Shown piece by piece: positions 29,593-38,688 of a stretch of 64,000 bases of DNA. The position numbers and the translations under genes are program-made. Where the stretch lies: contig CAVUPH010000042.1 in NCBI GenBank assembly GCA_963743305.1, positions 74,664-138,663 on the forward strand, in the 5' to 3' direction. The notes beneath the pieces are model-generated. The model did not search any database. It was not told the origin of the DNA and saw only the letters and a program-made list of their open reading frames with translations. Source of the DNA: an uncultured delta proteobacterium. Its GTDB lineage: Bacteria > Desulfobacterota > RBG-13-43-22. Position 1 is the stretch's first letter, and the number at the start of each line of letters is the position of its first letter.

Positions 29593-30072
29593 CTAAACCA
29601 ATTGTTGTTTGATCACCTCCATGGAAGACCTCAGGGTTTCCAAAGAGGCTAAGACGCTTTTGCGGTCGACTTCTTTCAGTTCCTGCAACAACTGGTGGTG
29701 GAGGTCTTTTAAAAACAGGTCGAGGGCCTCGACCTGTTTCTGCCCCTCCGGGGTCAGGCCGATTAATATCACGCGGGCATCTTCCGGATCGTCGATCCGC
29801 TGAGCCAATCGTTTATGCACTAATCCGTCAATAATCTTGGTAATCCGGCTTTTGGCCACTTCCAGCTTTTGGGCCAGGCCCTTGACCGTCAGGTAGCGCG
29901 CTTCCTTGAAGAGTAACAGGCATTTCATCTCCGCCTGGGTCAGACCAAACTTTTGGGCCTGGTAGAGGGTCTTTTCCTGGCAGCACTGGGTAATTTCGGC
30001 AATCAGGTCTTGAAGTTTTTGGGCCTGGTAGCGGTTGACCTGTTCTTTAGAAGTGGGGTAAAAGTCGTTCAT
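29593..30072 (-). CDS. MarR-family transcriptional regulator
   Basis: Winged-helix core LTQAEMKCLLLFKEARYLTVKGLAQKLEVAKSRITKIIDGLVHKRLAQRIDDPEDARV. Adjacent Cys pair (TQCCQE) near the N-terminus. Confidence 0.85.
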   Translation of the reverse strand: MNDFYPTSKEQVNRYQAQKLQDLIAEITQCCQEKTLYQAQKFGLTQAEMKCLLLFKEARYLTVKGLAQKLEVAKSRITKIIDGLVHKRLAQRIDDPEDARVILIGLTPEGQKQVEALDLFLKDLHHQLLQELKEVDRKSVLASLETLRSSMEVIKQQLV

Positions 30073-30179
30073 GGTGTTAACAATCTAAAACCAACCCGAG
30101 GCCTTGTCAAGGAAAAAATGGGGGTCAAACGATTTTTTTGAGATCCGGTCCGTCGGCTGTCTGCTTACCTAAGTAGTAT

Positions 30180-30392
30180 GAAGATAAAGGTTGGTGATTA
30201 TTCCAGCCACCTTGAAATCCCCCTAAATCCCCCTTTGCCCCCGCGTGCCGCGGGGCAGGCGCCGGGGGACTTGGACTCCCCCCTTAGAAAAAGGGGGGTT
30301 AGAGGGGGATTTTCAGGGTTCGCGGGTGTCCCGAGGAGCAGGGGGGTTTAATACGAAAATAGAACCCGGCGCCATTCGGGCATTCATCAATA
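30180..30392 (+). repeat. family-B element, long form, copy 2
   Basis: Collinear with 23044-23258, including the CCCGCGTGCCGCGGGGCAGGCGCC insert and the terminal TTAATACGAAAATAGAACCCGGCGCC. Confidence 0.9.
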
Positions 30393-30418
30393 TTTAATGA
30401 GGATATAATCTTTCCCCG

Positions 30419-30449
30419 CTGTCATTGCGAGGGAAACGAAGCAATCCCC
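30419..30449 (-). repeat. partial (half) family-A element
   Basis: CTGTCATTGCGAGGGAAACGAAGCAATCCCC matches the reverse complement of the right half of the family-A core. Confidence 0.6.
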
Positions 30450-30537
30450 GGGCCGAATTCGGGATTAGAATTAGATTGATTTTAAGGGACCGGGAGCTTA
30501 TTAGTTACCAAAAAGGATCAGTAGCGAACCGAATTCC

Positions 30538-32289
30538 ATGAACGCCTACCGTATTTTAATTCCCTTCCTCCGCCCGGGCCTCCGTTCGCTGGCCGCGGGC
30601 ATCGGTCTGTTGATCCTGGTGGATTTTCTCCAACTGCTTATCCCCCGTTTTATTAAAGGGGTTGTCGATGCCTTGTCCTCCGGAAGGGCCACGAACGGGA
30701 CCCTGGTGCACACCCTGGCCCTGATCGTCGGCGTTTCCCTGCTTATTTTCAGCTTTCGGTTTCTTTGGCGGCGCTTGATCTTCGGCCAGGCCCGGCGGAT
30801 CGAGGAAGCCCTGAGAAATCGATTGGTCGATCAGTTCTTCCTCCTTTCCCCGGCTTTTTTTCAACGCCGGCCGATCGGCGATCTCATGGCCCACGCCACC
30901 AATGATATGGAGGCGGTGCGGATGGCCCTGGGGATGGGACTGGTCTCTCTGGTCGATTCGTTTTTCTTGGGCTCCGCGGCCATCGGGTTTATGATTTACA
31001 TCAGTCCCCGACTGACCGCCGCCGCCCTGCTGCCCATGCCGCTGGTGGCCTACCTGACCTACCGGTTAAGCCGGGTTTTCCATAAAAAATTTGAATCGGT
31101 GCAAGTCCTTTTTTCGGGATTGATGGAAACCGTTCGAGAAAGCCTGGTGGGCATTCTGGTAGTCAAAGCCTACAACCTCCAGCCGCGGGAATTGGGCCGT
31201 CTTTCCGAACTCAGTGGAAAATACCTGGACAAAAATCTGCAGTTGGCCCGCATTACCGGGACGCTTTTCCCCTTATCCCTGCTCTTGACCAACCTGAGTC
31301 TGGCCGTGGTGATCTGGCTGGGCGGGATCCAGGTCTACCAGGGAAAGATCACCACCGGCGATTTCGTGGCCTTCATCAGTTACCTGGGTATGCTGGGATG
31401 GCCGGTCATGGCCCTGGGCTGGGTAGTCAACCTGTTGAAACGGGGAGGCGTATCGCTGGAGCGGATCGGACGGCTCCTGGATGAAAAACCGGAAATCGCC
31501 GATCGTCCCGGAATAACGTCACCGCCCGCACCCATCCGGAAGATATCAATCCATAATCTTATCTTTTATTATCCGGGAGAGAAACAGCCGGTGCTGAAGG
31601 GCCTGAATCTGGAAATTGCCGCCGGGCAACAAATACTTTTTACCGGGCGAACGGGTTCCGGAAAGACCACCCTGGCGCAACTACTGGTCCGGCTCTATGA
31701 TCCTCCCCAGGGGACCGTTGCCCTGGACGGACGGTCGATCCACAACATACCGCTGGGGTACTTAAGGAGTACCATTTCCTTAGTCCCCCAGGTACCTTTT
31801 CTTTTTTCCGATACCCTGCGGGCCAACCTGCGGATGGCCGACCCCAAAGCCGAAGAGGCCCAATTGTGGGAGGCCCTGGCCCTGGCCGCCCTGGATAAGG
31901 ATGTCAGGGCCTTTTCCGAAGGGCTGGAGACGGTGGTGGGAGAAAAAGGGGTGCTCCTTTCCGGGGGACAGCGTCAACGATTGGCCCTGGCCCGGGCCTT
32001 GTTGTTCAATCCGCTTTTTCTGATTCTGGATAACACCCTGGCCTCGGTCGACCTGTCCACCGAACGGCAGATTCTCGAAGCCTTGAAGTCCCGGCGCCAG
32101 GGATTAACCACCATATATATTTCTCACCGCCTGGTGGGGCTGGAGGCCGTGGATGGAGTTTTTCTTTTTGAGGCGGGGCGGATCGTCGAATCCGGGCGCC
32201 ACCAGGCCCTGATGGAGCAAAAGGGTCTCTATTCCCGGCTCTATCAAAGGCAGCGTCTGGAAAAAGAAATCCAGGAGGGCGTTTTTTGA
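30538..32289 (+). CDS. ABC exporter subunit (TMD-NBD half transporter), Walker-B Glu replaced
   Basis: Six-TM domain. Walker A GRTGSGKTTL, signature LSGGQRQRLA, Walker B FLILDN (Asn where the catalytic Glu is expected). Confidence 0.9.
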   Translation: MNAYRILIPFLRPGLRSLAAGIGLLILVDFLQLLIPRFIKGVVDALSSGRATNGTLVHTLALIVGVSLLIFSFRFLWRRLIFGQARRIEEALRNRLVDQFFLLSPAFFQRRPIGDLMAHATNDMEAVRMALGMGLVSLVDSFFLGSAAIGFMIYISPRLTAAALLPMPLVAYLTYRLSRVFHKKFESVQVLFSGLMETVRESLVGILVVKAYNLQPRELGRLSELSGKYLDKNLQLARITGTLFPLSLLLTNLSLAVVIWLGGIQVYQGKITTGDFVAFISYLGMLGWPVMALGWVVNLLKRGGVSLERIGRLLDEKPEIADRPGITSPPAPIRKISIHNLIFYYPGEKQPVLKGLNLEIAAGQQILFTGRTGSGKTTLAQLLVRLYDPPQGTVALDGRSIHNIPLGYLRSTISLVPQVPFLFSDTLRANLRMADPKAEEAQLWEALALAALDKDVRAFSEGLETVVGEKGVLLSGGQRQRLALARALLFNPLFLILDNTLASVDLSTERQILEALKSRRQGLTTIYISHRLVGLEAVDGVFLFEAGRIVESGRHQALMEQKGLYSRLYQRQRLEKEIQEGVF

Positions 32290-32343
32290 CTTTCTGCGAG
32301 GTTAGGATCTGTAAACAAATAACCTTAACAAACGGCCCTACAA

Positions 32344-32410
32344 CCGTTCGCCCTGAGCATGTCGAAGGGTGAACGATACGGCAATGCTTCGACAGGCTCA
32401 GCATGAACGG
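32344..32410. repeat. hairpin-forming intergenic element (CCCTGAGCATGTCGAAGGGTGAACG / CTTCGACAGGCTCAGCATGAACGG type)
   Basis: Imperfect inverted repeat, 32344-32367 versus 32387-32410, lying between the two ABC genes. It resembles a REP class common in uncultured anaerobes (recollection only). Confidence 0.6.
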
Positions 32411-32457
32411 AGATATTAGCGGCATTGTACAGCTTATTTCTTGACGGGTTCTTATAG

Positions 32458-34234
32458 ATGGCTCCCAATGATTTCGGTTATTTTGAAGGGGAGCACTTGG
32501 GCAAGCCGTACGATTTTGGCCTGCTGAAGAAGGTCCTTCCTTATTTATGGCCCTGGCGATTCCGGTGGCTGCTGGTGATGGTGCTGACTCTGGCCGGGAC
32601 CGCCCTGGACCTGGTCCCTCCCTACCTGACTAAACTGGCCATCGATCAATATATCCTCAAAGGGCGGGTCCAGGGCCTGGGGTTTTTGGCTTTATTGCTG
32701 CTGGTGGCCCTGGTTTTTGGCTATGCGCTCCAATATACCCAGGTAGTGATCATGGAACAATTGGGCCAGCGGGTGATGCATGCCCTGCGCCTGGACCTGG
32801 TGGCCCATCTCCTGTCACTGCCGCTGCCCTTCTACCAGCAGCATCCGGTAGGGCGGCTGGTTACCCGGGCCACCAACGATATCGAGAACCTGAATGAGAT
32901 GGTCAAGTCGCTGCTCTCGACCCTGGTTAAGGATATCCTGCTGTTCCTGGGGATTATGGGGGTCCTTTTCTACCTAAATTTTAAGCTGGCCCTGATCACC
33001 TTTGCCGTACTGCCGGTCATTTTTGTGGCCGCCCGGCTTTTCAGCCGGAAGGCCCGGGACGCCTTCCGGGATTTGCGTCGCTGGGTAGCTCACCTGAATT
33101 CCTTTATCCAGGAAACCCTTTCCGGCATGACCCTGATCCAGCTCCTGAAAACGGAAGCGCAACGGACCGAGGACTTTCGTGGGGTGAATCACCAGGCCTA
33201 TCTGGCCGGGATGAAGCAGATTCAGGTGTTCGCTTTGTTCATGCCGCTCATGGAATTGATCTCGGCCGGCGCCGTGGCCCTGTTGATCTGGTACGGCGGC
33301 GGTCAGGTCATTCGCCAGACCCTGACGCTGGGCGCCCTGGTGGCCTTCCTGTCGTATATCCAGATGTTTTTTCGTCCCCTGCGGGAGTTGACCGAAAAAT
33401 ACAGCGTCCTGCAATCGGCCATGGCCTCCCTGGAGCGGATCTTCGCCCTGATGGAGGAAAAAGCCGAGGAGGGACCGGAGGAAACCTTATTTCGGCGTCC
33501 GGCCCGGGTCCAAGGGGAGATAGCCTTCGACCGGGTCAGCTTTGCTTATCAGGACGAAGAGTGGGTGCTCCAGGACATTTCTTTCACCATCCGGCCAGGA
33601 GAAGCTGTAGCCATCGTCGGGATGACCGGAGGAGGGAAGACCACCCTGATTCAACTTGCTGGAGGGTTTTTATACCCCCCAGCAGGGAGAAATCCGGATC
33701 GATGGGATTCCCCTTCGATCGTTTTCCAAGAATTTTTTGAGGGCCCTGGTCGGGTTGGTCCCCCAGGAGGTTTTTCTCTTCGCGGGCGACCTGAAAGAAA
33801 ATATTCTTATTAGCGGATCAGGCAACCCTTTCTTCCGGGGCGACCGGAATAAAATATGGGAGGAAATCCAGCCCCTTTTCCAGGATTTCCAGGGACGAAA
33901 GGTCGACACCCTGTCCTCCGGAGAACGGCAGTTGGTGGCCATGGCCCGGGTTTTAGCCCGGGACCCGGCGATCCTGGTGCTGGATGAGGCCACCGCCCAC
34001 CTGGACGCCCAGACGGAAGAAAAAGTCCAGGCCGTTCTGGGCAGGCTGCTGACCGGGCGGACCTCGCTGGTCATCGCCCATCGGCTCTTTACCCTGCGCC
34101 AGGCCTCCCGGATTATGGTCCTGCATCAGGGCCGCCTGGTCGAGGAAGGGACCCACGCGCAGCTCATGGACCGGAAAGGGTACTATTACCGGTTATACCG
34201 GTTGCAGTATAATGAGGTTCAAAACGGGGAATGA
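32458..34234 (+). CDS. ABC exporter subunit (TMD-NBD), degenerate signature motif, frame-disrupted near 33655
   Basis: Track ORFs 32458..33813 and 33656..34234 join as GMTGGGKTTLIQL/LEGFYTPQQGEIRIDG. Signature LSSGERQL, Walker B ILVLDEAT. Confidence 0.85.
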
Positions 34235-34629
34235 ACGGGAATCTTCCAAACCAAACCCACAAACAGTGCGAGCCACACGGCGGTCCGGAAGGTCATCGCC
34301 CGAAGGCTGTCGATCGCCACTGAGCCCCCCGCCGCGTACAGCCAGACAATGGCAACCAGCACGACGAGATTGAGAACGAAGATTACGGCCGCCGCGTACT
34401 TGCCCCAGTGGAGGCTGCGCCAGATGACTAGGCCCGCCGCGAGATACGCCACGCCCATGGCCGTGTTGTAGATCAGCAGAGGTCGATAGACGACGTACCC
34501 CGGATCTGACCAGCCCGTGAGGACACGCCCGCCCGCCACGATTGTAGCGAGGCCGAACACAGCCGCGACGACCGCCAGGGTTCGTTGCCTGAGTCTGCTG
34601 ATGAGCGCAGGGTTAGGCAACCGACCCAC
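34219..34629 (-). CDS. hypothetical 4-TM membrane protein
   Basis: Four hydrophobic helices, GC-rich third codon positions and a GTG start. The 3' end overlaps the ABC gene stop by 16 bp. Confidence 0.55.
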   Translation of the reverse strand: MGRLPNPALISRLRQRTLAVVAAVFGLATIVAGGRVLTGWSDPGYVVYRPLLIYNTAMGVAYLAAGLVIWRSLHWGKYAAAVIFVLNLVVLVAIVWLYAAGGSVAIDSLRAMTFRTAVWLALFVGLVWKIPVHSPF

Positions 34630-35185
34630 CCCTGTTGATCAGAAGGACCGCTCGGCTGAAGAAAATGTCGAGAGGTCGGCCTTTCGAGAGCCCGGCTTTT
34701 TCGGCGAGGTCCAGGGTCCGATCGAAGGCGGCCTGCCTGACGTGTCCTTTGGGCTCCGCCAGCAGGAATTTCCCGCCGGGCTTGAGCGCCCGGCCGATCT
34801 GTTGAAGCAGCGATTCCTGATCCGGCACTTCATGCACCATCCAGAACGCCAGGGCCAGGTCAAATTCCGCTTCAAAAGACAAACCCGAAGGTCCTACCTG
34901 ATGCAGACGGATTCGGGACAACAATCCGGCTTTCTCGGCGCGACGCCTGACGCCGGCCAGCATCTCCGGCTGCAGGTCCGCGGCCGTAACGGACCCGGAA
35001 GGTCCGACGATTCCGGCCAGAGGAATCGTGAAAAAGCCGATCCCGCATCCCAGGTCCAGGCAGGCGTCCCCCGGGCGAACGATATTCTGGAGAATCCGCT
35101 CCGGCTTCTGGACCAACCGCCGCAGAGGGTTGTCAAAGGTGTGAATCAGCCACCAGGGACAGACATATGTCTTGGTAGATGCCAT
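34613..35185 (-). CDS. class I SAM-dependent methyltransferase
   Basis: Motif I DACLDLGCGIGFFTIPLA and post-I AADLQPEML. The preferred start is the ATG at 35185, with AAGGAAA 8 nt upstream. The track ORF extends to 35230. Confidence 0.85.
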   Translation of the reverse strand: MASTKTYVCPWWLIHTFDNPLRRLVQKPERILQNIVRPGDACLDLGCGIGFFTIPLAGIVGPSGSVTAADLQPEMLAGVRRRAEKAGLLSRIRLHQVGPSGLSFEAEFDLALAFWMVHEVPDQESLLQQIGRALKPGGKFLLAEPKGHVRQAAFDRTLDLAEKAGLSKGRPLDIFFSRAVLLINRGGSVA

Positions 35186-35233
35186 TTTCGATGGTTTCCT
35201 TGTGTTTAGTCTTTTACCTGTTCGGCTCACTTA

Positions 35234-35530
35234 TCATCTTGTCCAGATCTGCCCAGCAACATCCATGGCTCCATGGATGACAGCCAGAACGTCAATCTGG
35301 TCTGCCTTTATGTGGTAGATGATACGGAAGGAACCTTCGATCACTTCGCGAATCTGGTCAACATCATATTCGGGGACTCTACGGCCTGAGAAAGGGAATT
35401 CGGCAATTTGTTGAGATCTTCGGGTAAGCCGATCCACCATGCGCTTGGCATATTCGGGCGAATCCTGAGCAATGTAAGCATAGATGGCGTCAAGATGCCC
35501 TTCGGCTGTATCGGTCCAGTGGACTTTCAT
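35234..35530 (-). CDS. type II toxin, RelE/ParE family
   Basis: 98 aa. WTDTAEGHLDAIYAYIAQDSPEYAKRMVDRL...FPFSGRRVPE...REVIEGSFRIIYHIKADQIDVLAVIHGA. ATGA overlap with the upstream antitoxin. Confidence 0.85.
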   Translation of the reverse strand: MKVHWTDTAEGHLDAIYAYIAQDSPEYAKRMVDRLTRRSQQIAEFPFSGRRVPEYDVDQIREVIEGSFRIIYHIKADQIDVLAVIHGAMDVAGQIWTR

Positions 35531-35715
35531 TCCGGTAAACCGTACTTCGCCCGGACCTCTTTCACGTCCTTGGTCCGGCCTGCTTTGCTGTCGGCCAATC
35601 CGCGCTCAACCGCCTCCCGGACGTAAATCTCGCGCATGAGATCATCCCATGTGGCGTTTGGTGGCATCCGATCGATGATCCTGTGGGCTTCTTCCTTTTC
35701 CATGATTATCGACAT
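35527..35715 (-). CDS. cognate antitoxin (62 aa from the ATG at 35715)
   Basis: AAGGAGAG SD lies 7 nt upstream. The DRMPPNATWDDLMREIYVREAVERGLADSKAGR pattern is typical of partners of ParE-like toxins (recollection). Confidence 0.7.
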   Translation of the reverse strand: MSIIMEKEEAHRIIDRMPPNATWDDLMREIYVREAVERGLADSKAGRTKDVKEVRAKYGLPE

Positions 35716-36125
35716 AGCATTCTCTCCTTCTTTCTTGTCATAGAATAGCACCAAACTGAACGAACCCCCAGGATGAGGAGCGCGGCTTGGCGCGTCTGCT
35801 CAATCCGTTTGATGGGCCGGGGACCAGCAGGCCTAAAAAACTTAATGATGGGGCGCTCCGCAGCCTGGGGGATGGGCCGCCGGCAGGCGGCGCCAAGTTA
35901 TTCTAAAGTTTTCTTTATAACTTCCCCCCCAAAGGATTTCTTTGGGGATAGGAATAAAGACCATTAGTCTTTTTTGGTCGACTTATGGTTTGCCAACCCC
36001 TTCAGATTTTTTGTAACCTATTATAAATGATAAATATTATCTTGAAAAAGATATTTTATTTAATAAAATATAAGTGATGTATATCATCTCAATTAAAAGG
36101 ATAAACAGAAATAGGAGGATTCTTC

Positions 36126-36270
36126 ATGCTGGCTGTCCCTTCGGCTTTACAGGCCCAATTTGAAGAATATTTGCGAAAAAAATCATTCCCTAACCAACTT
36201 CAGGGGGAATCTGTATAAAAAATGGCTGCACTATTACCTGGACTTTTGTGGGAAATATTCTTTCTTTCCC
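36126..36270 (+). pseudogene. N-terminal remnant of a tyrosine (integron-type?) integrase, frameshifted in a G5 run
   Basis: After an AGGAGGA SD, the frame reads MLAVPSALQAQFEEYLRKKSFPNQLQG. It then shifts +1 at 36203-36207 to NLYKKWLHYYLDFCGKYSF. The KWLRYYLDFCxKY motif is recalled from N-terminal extensions of integron-type integrases. No catalytic domain follows. Confidence 0.45.
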
Positions 36271-36379
36271 CCCCCATCTATAAAGAAAAGAAAGCCTGCC
36301 CAAATTCTCCCAAGAACCTCCAGACCTATAGAGGATGGATGCAATCAATTGAGGCAACGATCGTGGAATGGTTGGCAGC

Positions 36380-36811
36380 CTAACTGCGGCGTTCAGTCGT
36401 TAGTCCTTTACCCATCCCTTCCGCTGTTGATCTCTTGTCCGCAAACGGGCGCGGGTCATCCGCTCGCGCAGACCGCCGTCTTTTAGGAAATTCTTTTCCA
36501 GCGCCTTTAGCTGCTGATCCAGCAGTCGCAGCCTTGCTCCCCTCAACGATATTCTGCTTGCCGGAGCGGGCGGCCTGTACCATCTGATCGACCGTGCGGT
36601 CACGCTTTCTGAGAAAGCGCTCACAGAACCGGTAGGTTATTTGATAGACCACCTCGGATTTCTGATAAGAAAGAAGGGTTTGGTAGTCGCCCCGAGGGGG
36701 TAAAATCAAAGACGGGGAATCATGGGAGGTCTGGGAATTCTGCGAAGCCGTCTTCCCCTTGCGCTCATGATTCCCATTTTTCCCATCACCCGCCTTTTTC
36801 ACAACAACCAC
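36380..36811 (-). pseudogene. four-helix-bundle (23S rRNA IVS-like / suffix-domain) protein gene, with an internal deletion and frameshift
   Basis: The frame reads YQTLLSYQKSEVVYQITYRFCERFLRKRDRTVDQMVQAARSGKQNIVEGS and then loses frame. The family-like C-terminus (LLDQQLKALEKNFLKDGGLRERM) sits in another frame (36400..36624). Confidence 0.6.
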
Positions 36812-36999
36812 CGAATCGCAACCAGCGCAACATTCCTGTCCGCCTCCTTCTCCCGTTCAAGATGTTCCCGGCCCAGCTTAATCGTATCCTACTTAAATCA
36901 TTCCAAATGTCAATAAATCTGTTGACAGAGTATTCGTCGCCATTTTATTTAATCCTCTGGATATCATGGTATTTTCAACATACATAGGGAGGCCAGGAC

Positions 37000-37791
37000 A
37001 TGGATTTAGGTCTGAAGGATCGGGTGGCCCTGGTGTGCGGGGCCAGTAAGGGGTTGGGAAAGGCGGTGGCCCTGGGGCTGGCCCGAGAAGGGGCCAGGCT
37101 GGCAATCTGCTCCCGTAGCCTGGAAAATATACAACAGGCGGCCGAGGAGATCCGAAGGGACACCGGGACGGAGGTAGTCCCCCTGACGGCCGATATGTCG
37201 TCCTCCGAGGAGGCCAGGCGTTTTTTCCGTGAGGCCTATCAACACTACGGGCATGTGGATATTCTGGTGAACAACGCGGGGGGGCCGCCCTCCCTGCCTT
37301 TTCTGGAAATCAGCGAGGATCACTGGCAGGCAGCCTTCCAATTGACCCTGATGAGTGCCGCGACTTTGATGAAAGCGGCGATCCCGGTCATGCAGGCCCG
37401 CAAGTTCGGGCGGATCATCAATGTGACCTCGGTGGCCGTCAAACAACCGATCCCGGGCCTGATCCTTTCCAACGCCCTGCGGACCGGCCTGGTGGGCCTG
37501 GCCAAGACCCTGGCCACGATTTACGCGCCGGACAACATTCTGATCAATAACGTCTGTCCGGGGTACACGTTGACCGAGCGGGTTCGTGAATTAGCCGAGG
37601 TGGTAGCCCGGCGGCAGCAGACCACCCCCGAAGCGGTCATCCAAGGCTGGGAGGCGGAGATACCCATGGGGCGACTGGGAAAGCCGGAAGAATTGGCGGA
37701 CCTGGTGGTTTTTCTGGCTTCGGAGCGGGCCGGCTACCTTACGGGGGCCACGATACAAGTGGATGGAGGGTATTACCGGGGATTGATGTGA
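37000..37791 (+). CDS. SDR-family oxidoreductase (FabG-like)
   Basis: GASKGLGKAVA (TGxxxGxG-type), NNAGG and the catalytic S...Y/K region, plus the C-terminal PMGRLGKPEELADLVVFLASERAGYLTGATIQVDGG. Confidence 0.9.
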   Translation: MDLGLKDRVALVCGASKGLGKAVALGLAREGARLAICSRSLENIQQAAEEIRRDTGTEVVPLTADMSSSEEARRFFREAYQHYGHVDILVNNAGGPPSLPFLEISEDHWQAAFQLTLMSAATLMKAAIPVMQARKFGRIINVTSVAVKQPIPGLILSNALRTGLVGLAKTLATIYAPDNILINNVCPGYTLTERVRELAEVVARRQQTTPEAVIQGWEAEIPMGRLGKPEELADLVVFLASERAGYLTGATIQVDGGYYRGLM

Positions 37792-37958
37792 ATCCCAAAG
37801 GCCATCTCGCCCATGCCGTGGGGATCAAGCGCAGTGGGCCCGCCGGGCGCATGCTTAACCACTTCCTGGCATCCCGGAGAGGGTCAACCGGGAGATCCAA
37901 ATCAAATTCAGCGCTCCGGTCCTTCTAAATTTGTCCGAAAAGAAACTGTTTTGAATGA

Positions 37959-37995
37959 CCAGCCGCCGGCACGGCCGGCGGCTGGTTTGAGGTTT
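37959..37995. terminator. bidirectional rho-independent terminator
   Basis: Perfect 12-bp GC stem, CCAGCCGCCGGC (37959-37970) paired with GCCGGCGGCTGG (37974-37985), and a 3-nt loop. It is followed by TTTGAGGTTT and lies between convergent genes. Confidence 0.75.
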
Positions 37996-38024
37996 CCTGG
38001 AGGGGATACAAATTAATCCGATTA

Positions 38025-38492
38025 TTAAGAAATCGGTCGATAAAACCCGCAGCCAACCATAATGTCCTCAACGCGCTCGACGTAACTTGACTTAAGTTCC
38101 ATTTTCTTTGTGGCCGGATTGCTCCATTTGTAATCATACCAGCCTTTTCCCTTCGATTTAGCGATCTCGATCATATCCTTGATCAGGGGCTTGCCGTCCG
38201 GATCTTTCAGCCCGATCAAGTCCTTCCCGACCATGCCGGGGTTCGCTCCCTGAGCGACACATTTACCGGTAAAATCGTAGGCGAAGATGAACAAACCCTT
38301 GGGGATGTCCGCAAATTTTCCGTTGGGATTGCTGAATTCAGCCAAAGCCTTGGCTTTACCATTGGCTTGGTAATAGGCCACCGCATTTTTCACCAGCATT
38401 TCCGCGTCCTTGGCCGTCCCTCGCTCCTCCGCAAAGCAAAACCCGGCCATCAGGAAGATAGCCAATCCCGCAAACAATACTACTTTCTTCAT
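38025..38492 (-). CDS. secreted single Cache (sCache_2-like) domain protein
   Basis: Signal peptide MKKVVLFAGLAIFLMAGFCFA. Then AVAYYQANGKAKALAEFSNPNGKF, LFIFAYDFTGKCVAQGANPGMVGKDL and GWYDYKW. Confidence 0.75.
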   Translation of the reverse strand: MKKVVLFAGLAIFLMAGFCFAEERGTAKDAEMLVKNAVAYYQANGKAKALAEFSNPNGKFADIPKGLFIFAYDFTGKCVAQGANPGMVGKDLIGLKDPDGKPLIKDMIEIAKSKGKGWYDYKWSNPATKKMELKSSYVERVEDIMVGCGFYRPIS

Positions 38493-38567
38493 AACATTTT
38501 TCCTTTCTGAGACTAATTTTTACAGTTCCTATCGGCATCCCTTTCAAACTCTTTAATGACACCTTTT

Positions 38568-38668
38568 CCGCAGCGGTCATCAAAGGCTGGGAGGCGGAGA
38601 TCCCCATGGGGCGCCCGGGGAAACCGGAAGAGTTGGCGGACCTGGTGGTCTTTTTGGCCTCGGAGGGG
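38568..38668 (+). pseudogene. ~100-bp relic copy of the SDR gene 3' region
   Basis: Roughly 89% identical by eye to 37628-37729. It encodes IKGWEAEIPMGRPGKPEELADLVVFLASE and then diverges. Confidence 0.8.
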
Positions 38669-38688
38669 AGAATCCGCTCTAAATTGTT

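Noticed and set aside
34219-36125. Integron cassette array to the left of the integrase stub
   Set aside because: The orientation fits. However, the ORFs abut or overlap with no 60-140-bp attC spacers. The only inverted repeat (35786-35897) lacks RYYYAAC/GTTRRRY cores, having GTTATTC instead.
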